A stretch of DNA of 64,000 nucleotides from the NCBI GenBank assembly GCA_002269645.1, contig NIVC01003422.1, forward strand, positions 1-64,000. Reading direction: 5' to 3'. Of the stretch, positions 12,276 to 24,400 are shown in pieces. The position numbers were made by a program, and so were the translations under genes. The notes under the pieces were generated by a model. That model was not told the DNA's origin, did no database searches, and worked only from the letters and a program-made list of their open reading frames with translations. The stretch comes from Macrostomum lignano. Its lineage: Eukaryota. Positions within the stretch are counted from its first letter, which is position 1. Each line of letters opens with the position of its first letter.

Positions 12276-15200
12276 GTCTTGGGATGTTTTGTTTTTAGAG
12301 GGAATGTCTGTTGTTGTTTTTTGAAGGCTTTAGTTCGCTGTCTATTTGTTATTTGTAAAGAACAAGGATTCTAACCAGATGTCCCCCATCGGGGGGCGAA
12401 GATTGCTAGTATCTTCCTAAAAAATAAATGCACTAGTACACACTGCTTGCTAAACCAAATCACAAAATATAGTCCACATTAAAAAAGCCCGGTCAATTAG
12501 GAATCAGATGCACACGATAATTGTGTACTTGATTGCCTTTCCGCGCGTGTGCCACTGCTGCCCCCTGCCTGCAATCCACGAAGGTCGTACCAGTCACTTA
12601 CTATCAGAAACGGACGTAAGCCAAAAAATATTCGCAAGGACTGCTACTTAACAAACACAACTGAAATATTCTACGGTATAACTTTCAATGCAAGCTGAAA
12701 CACCTTATACGATCCTCGACTTTCTCGAGCTTCTCAAACAGCTTCACCATAAGCTAGACGATCCCTTGCACTAAAACAGCATGCGCATTTATATAGTGTC
12801 CCGACCCTTAATGCGTACTGTACATCACGTACATGTAGGCCAATGATCCACGGCATTATGGCCAAAGTTACAACGGGAACTTCTAGTGGTATGATGGCTC
12901 ATGGCAACTGAACCTATAAAAAACAACTGGAGTATGTTCAAAAAACAGGTAAAACTAATCGCACAATGTTACTAACAGTAGGTGACCTTGATGAAAACTG
13001 GACGAGCGCTTCATATAATTTTAAGAGTCCTTTATTAATACAATATGCATGTGTACTGTACCTGTATGTTACATGTACAACCAAATTTAAGCATAATCAA
13101 AGGCTTAATTTTTAGATTGATATAAAGAGAATTGATTATTCGATTCGATTATTCACGCAAATATATTAATTGTTTTGAGTTCATATAATACTACGAGAAA
13201 TTACATGCATGATATTCAATTAAGATTTTAGCATGCACATGAAACACATAAGCCACTTTTTTCATAAGTGGCAAATTTTAATTGCAACATTAAAATTAGC
13301 GCTCCATATATCATCATCGGTAAAAATAACGCTTGACCTTCTACTACCGCGAATTTCTGAAATAATAAATTACCCGCGCACTGCAGAACTCGGCAGTGAG
13401 TGTCAGTGCCGAATTTGGCTCAGATCACTCCACTCCTCTGCAGACCAGGCTGTTTACAACAAAGCAGTGTTTTTTTCAAGTGTAAATTTCCAAAAATAAT
13501 TATAGCTAATATTCTTTACATTGTATGAATATGCGAATTCGTCTGCTGATCTTTCCCAGCCCGAATGCGAATCTGACGAAACAAAAATACTTCTGCAACG
13601 AGTCACGTGCAGCAACTACCGATTAGAAAAGTTGAACGCAAAATCTGTCAGCCCCCCTCCGGCTGCACGCGGTGCGCTCACAGCTATTAGACAGCGGGGG
13701 GACTGCACAAGAAACGGTCCAGGCAGCAACCCCAATGGCCCCTAGACCTAGAGAGAGAGCCAAAGCAGTCCCTTAGTTCAATCCTAGTGCTATTTTACAG
13801 CGAAATCAGCTGACCAGAAAGTGAAACGAAAGTTAGGTTGGGGGGGTAGGAAGGTGGGCTGCAGTTTGTTGAGCCACGTGAAGCAAAGTTGCTCTGCTGC
13901 AAAATGTCAGGCCATACGGGGGGAATGGCCGAGAACGATCGTGCGTACTTGGGTACAGGCCCAATCTGTATGCTTATTCAAACCGTTGGCTGCACATTTG
14001 TATTTGCTGCTGCGTGCACAGTATGCGCGCTTATTAACAATAAGGGTAAGGCAGGAGGAAAACACACCATTTCTGTTGCTCTCACCTGACACAAAGGAAA
14101 ATACTCCTTGCATGCAGTCCCTCAGCTCTCTCTACCTACGCAGTGTCTCTTGTCCTTCAGTTAAGCCAAAAGCCGTTTGAACTCATTATACACAATTGTT
14201 GATGGTTGGAAAATTACTAGAGACGATGCTGAATGCTGCAATACACTCTTCTGCAAGATTTTCTTTCGACTCAAAAGCGAAATCATAAATGATAAAATGC
14301 TAATTTAGTGTACAAAGTATTGTAACTACAATGCAATATACATAGACGCTGTTCTCAACAGCTCACTGCATGTATAATCAGAATCAGGGACAAATGCACC
14401 CGGAAACATTAACAACCCAAATGGCGATAAACATCTATACTATCCCCAGGACATTATCCCCAGGGCAGCGGCTTCAGGACAGCGAAATCCAAAGGACAAG
14501 GGCCTCCCTAAACGTGTGACCCCCCAAAGGACAGCGCCCCCTGAAAGAGTGACTCCTTCATAGGACAGCGCCCTCCTAAAAGAGTGGACCCCCCAAAGAA
14601 CAGGGCCTCCCTAAGACAGTGACCCCCCCCTAAAAGAGTGACCTCCCTAAAGGACGCCCCCAAACGAATTTGCCGCCCCCACCATCAAAGCGAACCCAGA
14701 ATTCGGCACTGCTTACAATGAAGCCTAATTAAGAGCCCCTATATATGTAGAAACTGTGTAAATAAAACTAAAAGTCTAGCTGAACTTGCAGGTTCCTCCA
14801 ACGCAACACAGAGGAAACGCGTCATAGATGGATGAGTCACGTACGCGTACAGCTGCTCGTGTGACATCCGGATTGCAATGGAGCTGATTGGGGTTGGGAT
14901 AATTAGCATGCACACTTGCAGAGGGTATACTTTGACGCACACGACAGCGCGGCTTTGTCCTCCAACAGTAAACTGTCAAAACTTCGTCCCGGTCCAGGCA
15001 CGCGTGAACCAGGCATTTCCTGGCTCCCAGGCACCGCACAGAGGGTTTGGTTGGATTTGTCCACTCCGATCGTCAATAAACGACTTGAGCCTCGATAGAT
15101 CCGCCCCCCGCTGCCCTGTCCTCGAGATCCGGAAAAGATTTCGTCATTTTTCAGTCATGCAAACCGCTCGTGTTCACACGCTATGCAGTGCGGAGTAACG

Positions 15201-16897
15201 TGTTCCAGCTTACTGTACATGGGATCTCTGACTTGGCCTGCTCAACCTAACTCAAAACACAAGGTAAATATTTATTGTTTCCGGTCTTTCGAAGAAAGTA
15301 GAAAAAAAGCCCAAATCCACAGGAGGACCCTGGACTTGAAATCCGACGCACTGCGAAATTCCTTGCTTGCATTTGGTATAGAAAAAAAGAGCCAAGGAAC
15401 TGATACACGCGTCTCGAAAATTAACAGGGCTCAGCTTAGAAGTCTGCTGGAGAATGCTGAAGCAACATGAACCCAAATTTGAATTCCATTTCTGAAGTTG
15501 CATTTCATACTTGAACTAGTTTGCTGACAGACACTAGCTGACTCAGCGTCCCAGTATTAATGAACAAGTCAACAACAATGTACTTTTAAATCTACTAGAA
15601 AGCCAACCATTTGGCCTGTCAGATTTCTTATCTTGATTAAATTGAACCCTGGAAACACAGACACACAATCTACCTTCAGCATTATTCTACACTGAAAGAA
15701 AAAACTCAAAATCTTTATCTTTTTTGCATTTGTTTTTCCCAGCAAATTCAGCTGAAGGCTTAGCGGGAAGAGAATGTCAGTAATGTATTTCTTTTTTCAT
15801 TTTATTTTCCTCTTATCTCACGAAAATGGGGGGCCTCGCGATAGGCAAAAACACACATGGTTCCTCAACGGTCAACATAAACGAAAGTTCGAATGGATAA
15901 AATGGGAGGCTCGACTCCTGACAGTAATTAGAGGGTTCAACTTTGCCAAAAAAACCCACGATGACCCCTCATAACAGATAACAAGCAACAGACAGACCAA
16001 ATGCCGCTGTGGTCCCCAAATTAACAAACTCAATTGGCAAACTCAAACAGAATTTGTCAGCAAAAATGCCTTCAAACGAATTCACATTATTTAGCAATGT
16101 TATACGGGAGCTCAGAAGAAAAATGAAAACAGAGATATGATATGAAATGTAACTTAAGTTATTCAGTAGTTAATGACACTGGCTTTTTATAAAATAAACA
16201 ATGACTTAATTCACCAGGATGAAGCACAGAGGCTGATTGGGAGGATGGGAAATACAAAACAGTTTAACTTTAACGAAGCAACCGCCAACAAACCAAATTC
16301 AGACCATGCTGACAATGCTAATAAAAACTGAAAAAATTACTTATTTATATAAGCAGCAAAGGCAAATAATTATATTATTTTACACATTTTAACTTACAAA
16401 AAGGCCTAGCAAAAGTAGCCGACCAATAAAGAATGACAACGGACAAACAGTGAAACTGAAACAGGAGAGTTTCTAAGATTAATAAATGTTATAATCATTA
16501 CCAAGGAGCCACTTCAATGGCACTCCTGCCTTCTTTTCCACTAAGCAAGCCAGTAAATTTTGGGCGATAAAAATGCCAAGTAGTTAGTCCCAAGTTAGAT
16601 TTCGGCTTTAGAAAAGATCTTGTTTATGATTGGGAAAACAGGTGGATCCAAGGGGGGGTTGGGGGTCAAGGAGGTTGGCTGACCTCCATCCCACTAAAAA
16701 AATTAGACCAGCCTCTGATTGGCATAACCTGACTGTTTTTAAGTGATCAAAATAAAGCAACTCTCCCTGTCACTGACAGGATTGCAGATCATGGAAAATA
16801 AGGAAGTTTCAGGTTAGGAGAAGCAAATCATGTAGCAGGGCCAGACACGCTAGTTGGTTAGTTCCAGAGTCTTAAGCCTGCACTGACTGGCTGGCTC

Positions 16898-17233
16898 TCA
16901 GATGTCCATTTCAAACTCAGTGCTGCCGGCAGTCTCTGGCTGCTTCTGAGTTGTAGGCTTGTCACTATTTTTCTTATTGTTATTGTTCTCTTTCTCCTCC
17001 TCAGGACAGGTGACTCCAGGGATGCGGGGCAGGTTGGCTGGCGGAGTCTTGGCCAAGGGGCTGTCACGACGGCTGATTAGAAAATCTCTATCATAGATAA
17101 TGCGAGTGCCACCTGGGGTGGTACTGAAGATGGTACCGCCAGGTGTTTGGGAATAATCACGCGGCATCTGTGAGGTACTGGTGAGACGCACACGCCTGAC
17201 TGGGATGCCATTAGCTTGACCTGCAACACTCAT
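16898..17233 (-). CDS. EIF4EBP: Eukaryotic translation initiation factor 4E-binding protein (4E-BP), 111 aa, single coding exon
   Basis: [27 protein letters not shown] contains the two TP phospho-sites and the YxxxxLΦ eIF4E-binding motif. SPLAKTPP (S65/T70 equivalents) and the C-terminal TOS motif FEMDI are present. Confidence 0.97.
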   Translation of the reverse strand: MSVAGQANGIPVRRVRLTSTSQMPRDYSQTPGGTIFSTTPGGTRIIYDRDFLISRRDSPLAKTPPANLPRIPGVTCPEEEKENNNNKKNSDKPTTQKQPETAGSTEFEMDI

Positions 17234-19568
17234 TGCTGCTTTTTTATTGGTTTGTAGAATTGGCTTCTAGAAGAGCTGAGCAATATCCAGCAAATGACAA
17301 TTATTGCTTGAAAATCATAAATTAGATTTTAGGTTTATTAATTAGCAAAGGTTGCAATAAGCATAGTAATAAATTATAATAGGCCTATTAATGTTTCAAA
17401 TGTCTAGATATAAAAGTTTTTAGAAAAGTAAAAAAATAGGACTTGAATTTGAAAAAGGAATAAAATTTATTAAATATGCATTATAATTCTTAATTTTTAT
17501 TTATTGATTAAGGCAATATCCAATAATTAGACCATGGGCATGGTATAATATCTTTGACTTATATTATACATTAAAAAAACAATGCATAATCTAATCTAAG
17601 CAATCTGAGTTTGTAATAGCAAGGCTAAGCCAAGCCAAAGAAGGCTAGGCCAGTTGTCATACTCACAGAGAAAATATCTTTGATACTAAAAATGTACAAT
17701 AATATTGGCCTACTCAAACGAAAATAAAAAAGTCTAAAACTATCACTGTAGTAGATTTTAAGATAAAGCATGAGCTGAATTTTGATGAAAGTGAAAAAAG
17801 TATGTCCCTAGACATATTTTCTAGCCAATACTATATCGTACTGTAATTGTAATAGTAGTGCATAATAGTCTTATTACTCTTATAGACTATAGTCGAAAAT
17901 TATAGGCCTATAGTATTAGTTTTATATAAACAAACTTAAAATAAATGCCATTGGTAAGCTTTAAAAATGCAAAAAATAAATTTATGAAGTAAGTCTTCAA
18001 GCTAAGCGATTAAGTAGAAAGCTTAGAAGAGCAGCAACAACTACGAGTAAAACAGAGATTATCTGCTACCACTACCTTCGTTGTTCATGAGCCGGATATA
18101 TATAAACAACGATCAGCTGTTTCAAGTGTCACGTGTTTTTGTAGAGGTTTGAACGATCACTAGCAAGAGAAAAAACAAATAATTTCATGTGACCATAGTA
18201 AAAAACAGAAAACTAGAAAGATCTTTAAAAATGAAGGCAAAAAATAAAAGTCTTAAGTAAATGTGTGTAAAATACTTTTTTCTTTCTCATTGCACCATAA
18301 CGAACAACTGGCTTGATAGTTACATCTGCTCTGGCCTTAGGTCCTGGTAAAATTCATTAATGAAATGTTGTTACAACCTACACTGCCTAATAGGACCTCT
18401 ACTGTCTAATTTGTAGTCAAAATTTAGATTTAGACCTACAAGTTTAACAAAAAGAAGGCATCTTTCCTTCAAGTTCTAAATTTAAATTTTAGGCATAGTG
18501 TAGGGCCTAGTTAGCCTAGTATATATTGTTTGGCTTGAATTGTCCAATAACAGTAATATATTCTAGAATCTAGGCCTCTAGAATTGTCTAGGTTAGTAGG
18601 CCTAAGTAAGATTATGTTTTGAAAAAAATTAGGCACTTGTCTTGAACTTAAAGTAGCTCTAGTTGAAATAGGCAATGCTAGGCCTAGGGCCTGTAAGTAA
18701 CAAATAGATAACTAAGTAAAAATAGCTTAAGTTCAAGCTATTTTTCAAAGTCAAAGACCCAAAGCTAAGGCATATTATTATTTGTGTAGGCCAAGTGCAA
18801 GTTGCTACTAGAAATTGAATAATAGTAATATATTTTATATAGGTATAGGGGATAGAGATTCAAAGGGGTAGGCCTAAAGATGCTAGAAATAGATAGGCCC
18901 AAGTCTATCTTAGGCCTAGTATCTTTATATTTAGACTAGATTGATAAGTTTATTCTTAGGCCTATTTTTTAATTTTTATATAATGTTTGCCAAAAACTTA
19001 GATTGAAAGATAGGCCTATCCAAACTGACAAAAAAGCAATATGTTTATGTTTATATTGACTAGATTAGGCCTAAAAACACTTGGCTTGATACCTTAAAAA
19101 TGTGTACTTTTATTTTATATGTTATAGCATCTTTAGCTTTTTTATGCCCAAGTCCACTTTAGTTTTGGTTGAGTCTTATTTATTTATTTATTTTACTCTG
19201 AGTCCAAGCTCTTGACTTTAGTTAGTTAGGCTCTTGTGCTCTAGGTTCTAGGTATATTGACAAATAAAATTGTCTATGACTATGACTAAGTTCTTTTGTG
19301 GGCACTAAGATGCAAAATTGCATTGATGGTCCAATTTTAGGATGCAATTTAGATAGTTAGGCCCCTAATATATTATATAGCATCTGTATTACATAAAAAC
19401 CTAGCTTAGTTAGACTTTTTAGGTCTAATTTTAGGATATAACTAGGCCTAGCACATTAACCCATGGGGCATTCAAATTTAAAATTCAAACATTGAGAGTA
19501 TAAAAAATCATTTTTTGAATATTTGCCTACTTCTAAATTGATTGTTTCATTGTTTGCAATTTATATAA

Positions 19569-19831
19569 TATATACTTAGCAACATTGAAAAGTTACCAAT
19601 CTATATGCCAGTAAACAACTTTTCTTAGACTATTCTAAAAAATATATAAGAAAACTAATTGGGTAGCTTCCATCTATTTAACAAAACCCTTGCATACTGT
19701 ACCTCCCACATTTCATTCTTTAACTCATGCCTACTGTTGCGTAGCTAGGTTACATTACTTGCAAAGATGGAAAAGCTTTACCTGCACTCTAAAAAGTGGC
19801 AACTAGACTTTTCAATGTTGCTAAGTATATA
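19569..19831. mobile_element. MITE-like element with 25-bp terminal inverted repeats
   Basis: TATATACTTAGCAACATTGAAAAGT (19569-19593) and its exact reverse complement (19807-19831). TA at both ends is compatible with a Tc1/mariner-type TSD. Confidence 0.55.
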
Positions 19832-21421
19832 AGCACACTATGACACTAAGCCCCCAATGGTGGGCATTCAAGTAAAAAATTCAAACATCAAAAGCATTAA
19901 AAAATGTTATTTAAAAAAGTTTTTTTTTAATTTGAATCAATTTAAATCAATATTTGACCCACTAACAATTGGTAAAAATTTTATATGCCAATTTGCCAAA
20001 TGAATTTGAATCAATTGAACCCATTAGCTATTGTCTCCTAGCTGCAACTGCTCCACCCAGTGTTATATTCATAAAATAAGACAAACAAGATTAAAGCAGT
20101 TTAAGGGGTTGATAAATTCTGGCCAGCTTTTTACCCCCCCCCCCTATGCATCCACTCTTTCATCAACAATAATAAAATTCAACCAACCCTACAAATTGCA
20201 AGACTACTATGCCAATGTTCATAAAACTCCTTTAGCTTAATTGTAGTGAATGATATCCTACACTGTACATTGGCCAAGGAGAGGCCTAAATGGTTAAACT
20301 AAGCAGTTAAATTTAGAAGCAAGGTGCCCATTCAAAGATTTACAAAATTGTTTTTTTGAATATTTGACCCACTTCCCATTTAAATTTATTTTTATTATTA
20401 ATTTACCATTTAAATGTTCTTTTTTCATCAAAAAAAGTTATGCATAATTCCCAAAAAAATCAAATTTTTTAAGCAAATTTTAAAAAGTTGGCCAGATAGT
20501 ACTCAAAAAAATTAATGACAAGCAAATAGACTGACAAACAATGCAAAATTAGTATATAGATTTTGAAAGTCAGGATGCCAACCTAGCTAATTATGCTATA
20601 TAAATTGTAACAAATAATAATAATATTATAATTAAAATGTATAACCAAAACATAAAGACAAGACTTCAAAGGAAAAGAAAGAAAAAAGCAATTAGAAAAA
20701 AGAATTATCAAAATATACAGATATATAGAAACAAAATGGAAGAAAAAGCAAAGCAAAATCAAAGCAAAAAGATTAATACAATGCTAATTATAGTATTAGT
20801 GACTAAGTTGTATAAAGGATTATTAAGTCTAAGCAAGCTGCAAAGCCAAAATTAAAATGCATAGACTAATATAAGCCTTAGCTAAATTTCATAGGTTGCA
20901 ATATATATGACAAACCCCTATAAATAAATTGCTATTAGGCAAGATTATAGTCCTATATCCTATCTCTAGATATTTTTAGAGATGTTTTGCACCTAATAGC
21001 TCTTTGGGAGTTTTTTGATTCAATGCCAATATTGCTACGATTGTTTACCAAGGTTGTTATGAAGTAAAACTTTTATTTTATAAGTATTTTATAGCTAATA
21101 ATAAGTTATAATAGGCTAAGTCTCTATGTAAACCTATTCAGTACCATTAAAATTATCAAAATAAAGCTAGCTTAACTTAAAGTTTTTATGATTATAAAAT
21201 CAACTAATTTGATTTCATATTTCAGAATCATAATAGTGGGATTATAATCCCCATCTTAAGGTATAAGCATATCTAGAGATTAGATGACATCACATCCATA
21301 AATTTTGAAAACCAGTGGGCATACTTGTGAAACATTCTTACTATGCCTAGTACTAAAACTTGTGCAATAAGTCTAGCAATATATATATATATTTTCATTA
21401 ATTTTTCCAAATTCAGCCAAC

Positions 21422-24400
21422 ATGAATGAGCAACAGCTGCTGGGTGACAAAACTCGTTTATTGATAGCAGCAGCTGCTGCTGCTGCAGCTGCTAACAGCG
21501 ACTCAGCTAAGCCAGCCATGTCCCCAGCATCCCAGCTGATGCAGCAGCAGCATCCGCATCCGCAGGCTCATTCGCCAGCACTGAGCGTTGGCAGCGGCGG
21601 AGTTGTTGGCAGCTCAGCGCTGGCCAGTCTGGAGGCGTGGCAGAGCCGGGAGCAGCAGTACAGCTCCCTGCTGTTGAACCAGGCCAAGCACGGTGTGCAG
21701 CAGCAGCAGCTGCATCACCAGCAGCATTTAACTCTGCCTCACAGCGTCAAATCTGAGGCCTCGTCTAACAACAGTTCAGATCGTGAGGCCGACTTTTGTC
21801 CTGCCGGCGGCGGCAGTGGCTCAATGGATTTTGCCCACTCCGGCGGTGTTGGCAGCAGCGGAGATGGTTAGAGTGGAATAATTTTACTACTAGGATAGGC
21901 CCGATTCCTTCGGGATGAACATTAACCGCAGGGAGAAATCTGGGCACCCTGACGCCATATCGTCCCACTCAGGCATATATACATTTGGTAAAACAGCTTT
22001 CTACTTTCAGTTCAGTAGCGAAAAAGAATACATAAGCTATTTTATAAAGATAAAGGCAGCTGAAATGATTTTGATAAGATTAGAAGCCGAAGCGAAGCTT
22101 GCAGGCGTAAACAACTTGCTAATTGGTTCAGCACAAATGTACATTAGCCAGTCCACTAAAATGTACATGGCAGCTTTAGGCTGGAATTCCGAAAAAGCCA
22201 AAGGCAATAAAAATTGGGGCGGGCCGGGGGGTAGTGTGGAAAGGCGCGGTTGGAGGGTTTAAAAATGGTGTAATTAAAGAGGCGGCAATAAATAAGCCTT
22301 TTATTTAAAAATACATTAAAGTGCTTTTGTTTAACTTACTACTGAACTGAAAGTAGTTTACACGCAAATGTGCTGAGTGGCCCATCTAGTTATTTTTTAG
22401 TATCTGTGCACGGAATCGAACCAGGCATCGTGTGGCGCGAGAGCCAGACGCATTTACCGCTGCGCTGCTCCGTCCCTTCGAAATGCCATGATATCGAAAT
22501 TTCCATATCGCGCCCCGCTTTGGCCCCGCCAGGCCTGGGCACAGTCGTCAGAACTCGGCGCCGCAAAGCTGGCCTGCCAGACGACCAGCGAGTGTGCGCG
22601 GTGTGCGCCGAGCCGGCCTCCGGCTACAATTTCGACCGGCTCACCTGCGAGAGTTGCAAAGCGTTTTTTCGTCGGAACGCTTTGAAATCTCGCGAAAAGA
22701 TCAAACCCTGCTCGCGCGGCGGCGGCTGCGACGTGAGCGGCTCGCAGAGGAAGCACTGCCCAACCTGCCGCCTGGAGAAGTGCCTGCTAGTGGGCATGAA
22801 GAAGGAGCTCATTTTGCCCCCAGAGAAGCTGGAGCAGCGGGCCAAACCGAAACGGCGTCTGAAAAACGGCAGCTGCGATGGTGACGCTGTTGGCGGGGCT
22901 GGCGAGCCGCCTCTGCATGTGGCCGGCCAGCGGCATACTCCGGGTAGGCAAATCCCCATGAATAATCGCCCCAAACTCCCCATTAATAATCGCCCCAAAC
23001 TCCCCATTAATAATCGCCCCAAACTCTCTTGAATAATCGCCCCATACTCTCTCGAATAATCGCCCCAGACTCCTATGAATAATCGCCCCAAACTCTCATT
23101 AATAATCGCCCCAAACTCTTGAATAATCGCCCCAAACTCTCTCGAATAATCGCCCCAGACTCCTATGAATAATCGCCCCAAACTCTCTTGAATAATCGCC
23201 CCAAACTCTCTTGAATAATCGCCCCAAACTCTCTCGAATAATCGCCCCAAACTCTCTTGAATAATCGCCCCAAACTCTTGAATAATCGCCCCAAACTCTC
23301 TCGAATAATGGCCCCAGACTCCTATGAATAATCGCCCCAAACTCTCTTGAATAATCGCCCCAAACTCCCCATTAATAATCGCCCTAGGCTCCCCATTAAT
23401 AATCGCCCCAAACTCCCGTGAATAATCGCCCTAGACTCCCATGAATAATCGCCCCAAACTCTCATCAATAATCGCCCTAGACTCCCATAGTAACTGATTA
23501 AAAATTGCTCATAGCTTTCATAAATTTGGCGCCATTTCAGGCCAGCGCCGTTCAATTCAGCGCCAGCGCCAGCTGCCGCAGCACCCCCAGCACCAGTTTG
23601 TGCAGCAGCAGTTGCAGCACCAGCACCAGGCTCCGGCAGCTATTAACGGCGCTTCCTCCGCCTCGGTCGACTTGGATCCGTCGCCATCTTCAGCTGCGTC
23701 GGCGCCAACCGAGCAGCTGACATTGTCGGAGCTGGCAGCGACCTGGGCGGTGGTCAGCGGCGCCGGGCGTCGCTGGGAGACGCAGCTGTCTGGCGCGGAC
23801 AGAGACTGCCTGGCCAATCTGGAGGAGGCCGTCAGCCGGGTGCGGGAGGCCTTGGCAGCTGAGGACTGCGGCCTGCTGACTGGCGCGGACGGCGGCAGTG
23901 GCGTTGGCGGCATCGGTCGACTTGAACAGGCGTTCAACCAGATGGACGCGTGTATCAGGCGGATTATCTCGGTGGTGAAGCTTATACCGAGCTTCTCCGA
24001 GGTTGAGAAGGACTCACAGATACTCATGCTGAAGGTGAGCAGGCGGTCTGTTTAGATTGCTTCAATTTTGTGTTGTTTGGCATCTTTATCATTCAGTAGG
24101 GTGATTTGGGATTTTTTCCTGCAGGGGTCAAGGGATTTTTATCATTCAGACGGGTCAATTAGGATTTTTATGCTTCAGGAGGGTCAATTGGGATTTTTAT
24201 GCTTCAGGAGGGTCAATTGGGATTTTTATCCTTCAGGAGGGTTATTTGTGATTTTCATCCTTCAGGGGGTCATTTGGGATTTTTAATCCTTCGGGAGGGT
24301 CATTTGGGATTTTTGATCCTTCGGGAGGGTCGATTGGGATTTTTGATCCTTCCGGAGGGTCAATTGGGATTTTCATCCTTGAGGAGGGTCAATTAAGATT

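Larger units (their letters stand above)
6486..12409 (+). mobile_element. Complete non-autonomous Helitron-like element (~5.9 kb) carrying satellite B
   Basis: Starts with TC (TCCTATATACTAAAAATG, then a short GTAT-type microsatellite and GGCTCAACCGATTTT, a layout recalled from non-autonomous invertebrate Helitrons). Ends with hairpin GTCCCCC-ATC-GGGGGGC (12381-12397), then GAAGATTG-CTAG (12406-12409) followed by T. No TSD and no Rep/helicase ORF. Confidence 0.75.

Noticed and set aside
14776-15470. Small ORFs, one with a Cys/His pattern vaguely like a B-box
   Set aside because: Ligand spacing is incomplete and no consistent exon structure could be built.
16640-16720. CAGGTGGATCCAAGG...AGACCAGCCTCTG resembling a tiny DNA-transposon remnant
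   Set aside because: Too degenerate; no TIR pair or TSD could be verified.
6969-22476. Functional tRNA genes at 6969-7031 and 22400-22476
   Set aside because: Acceptor stems do not pair and the arms are imperfect, so they are reported only as decayed tRNA-derived pieces.
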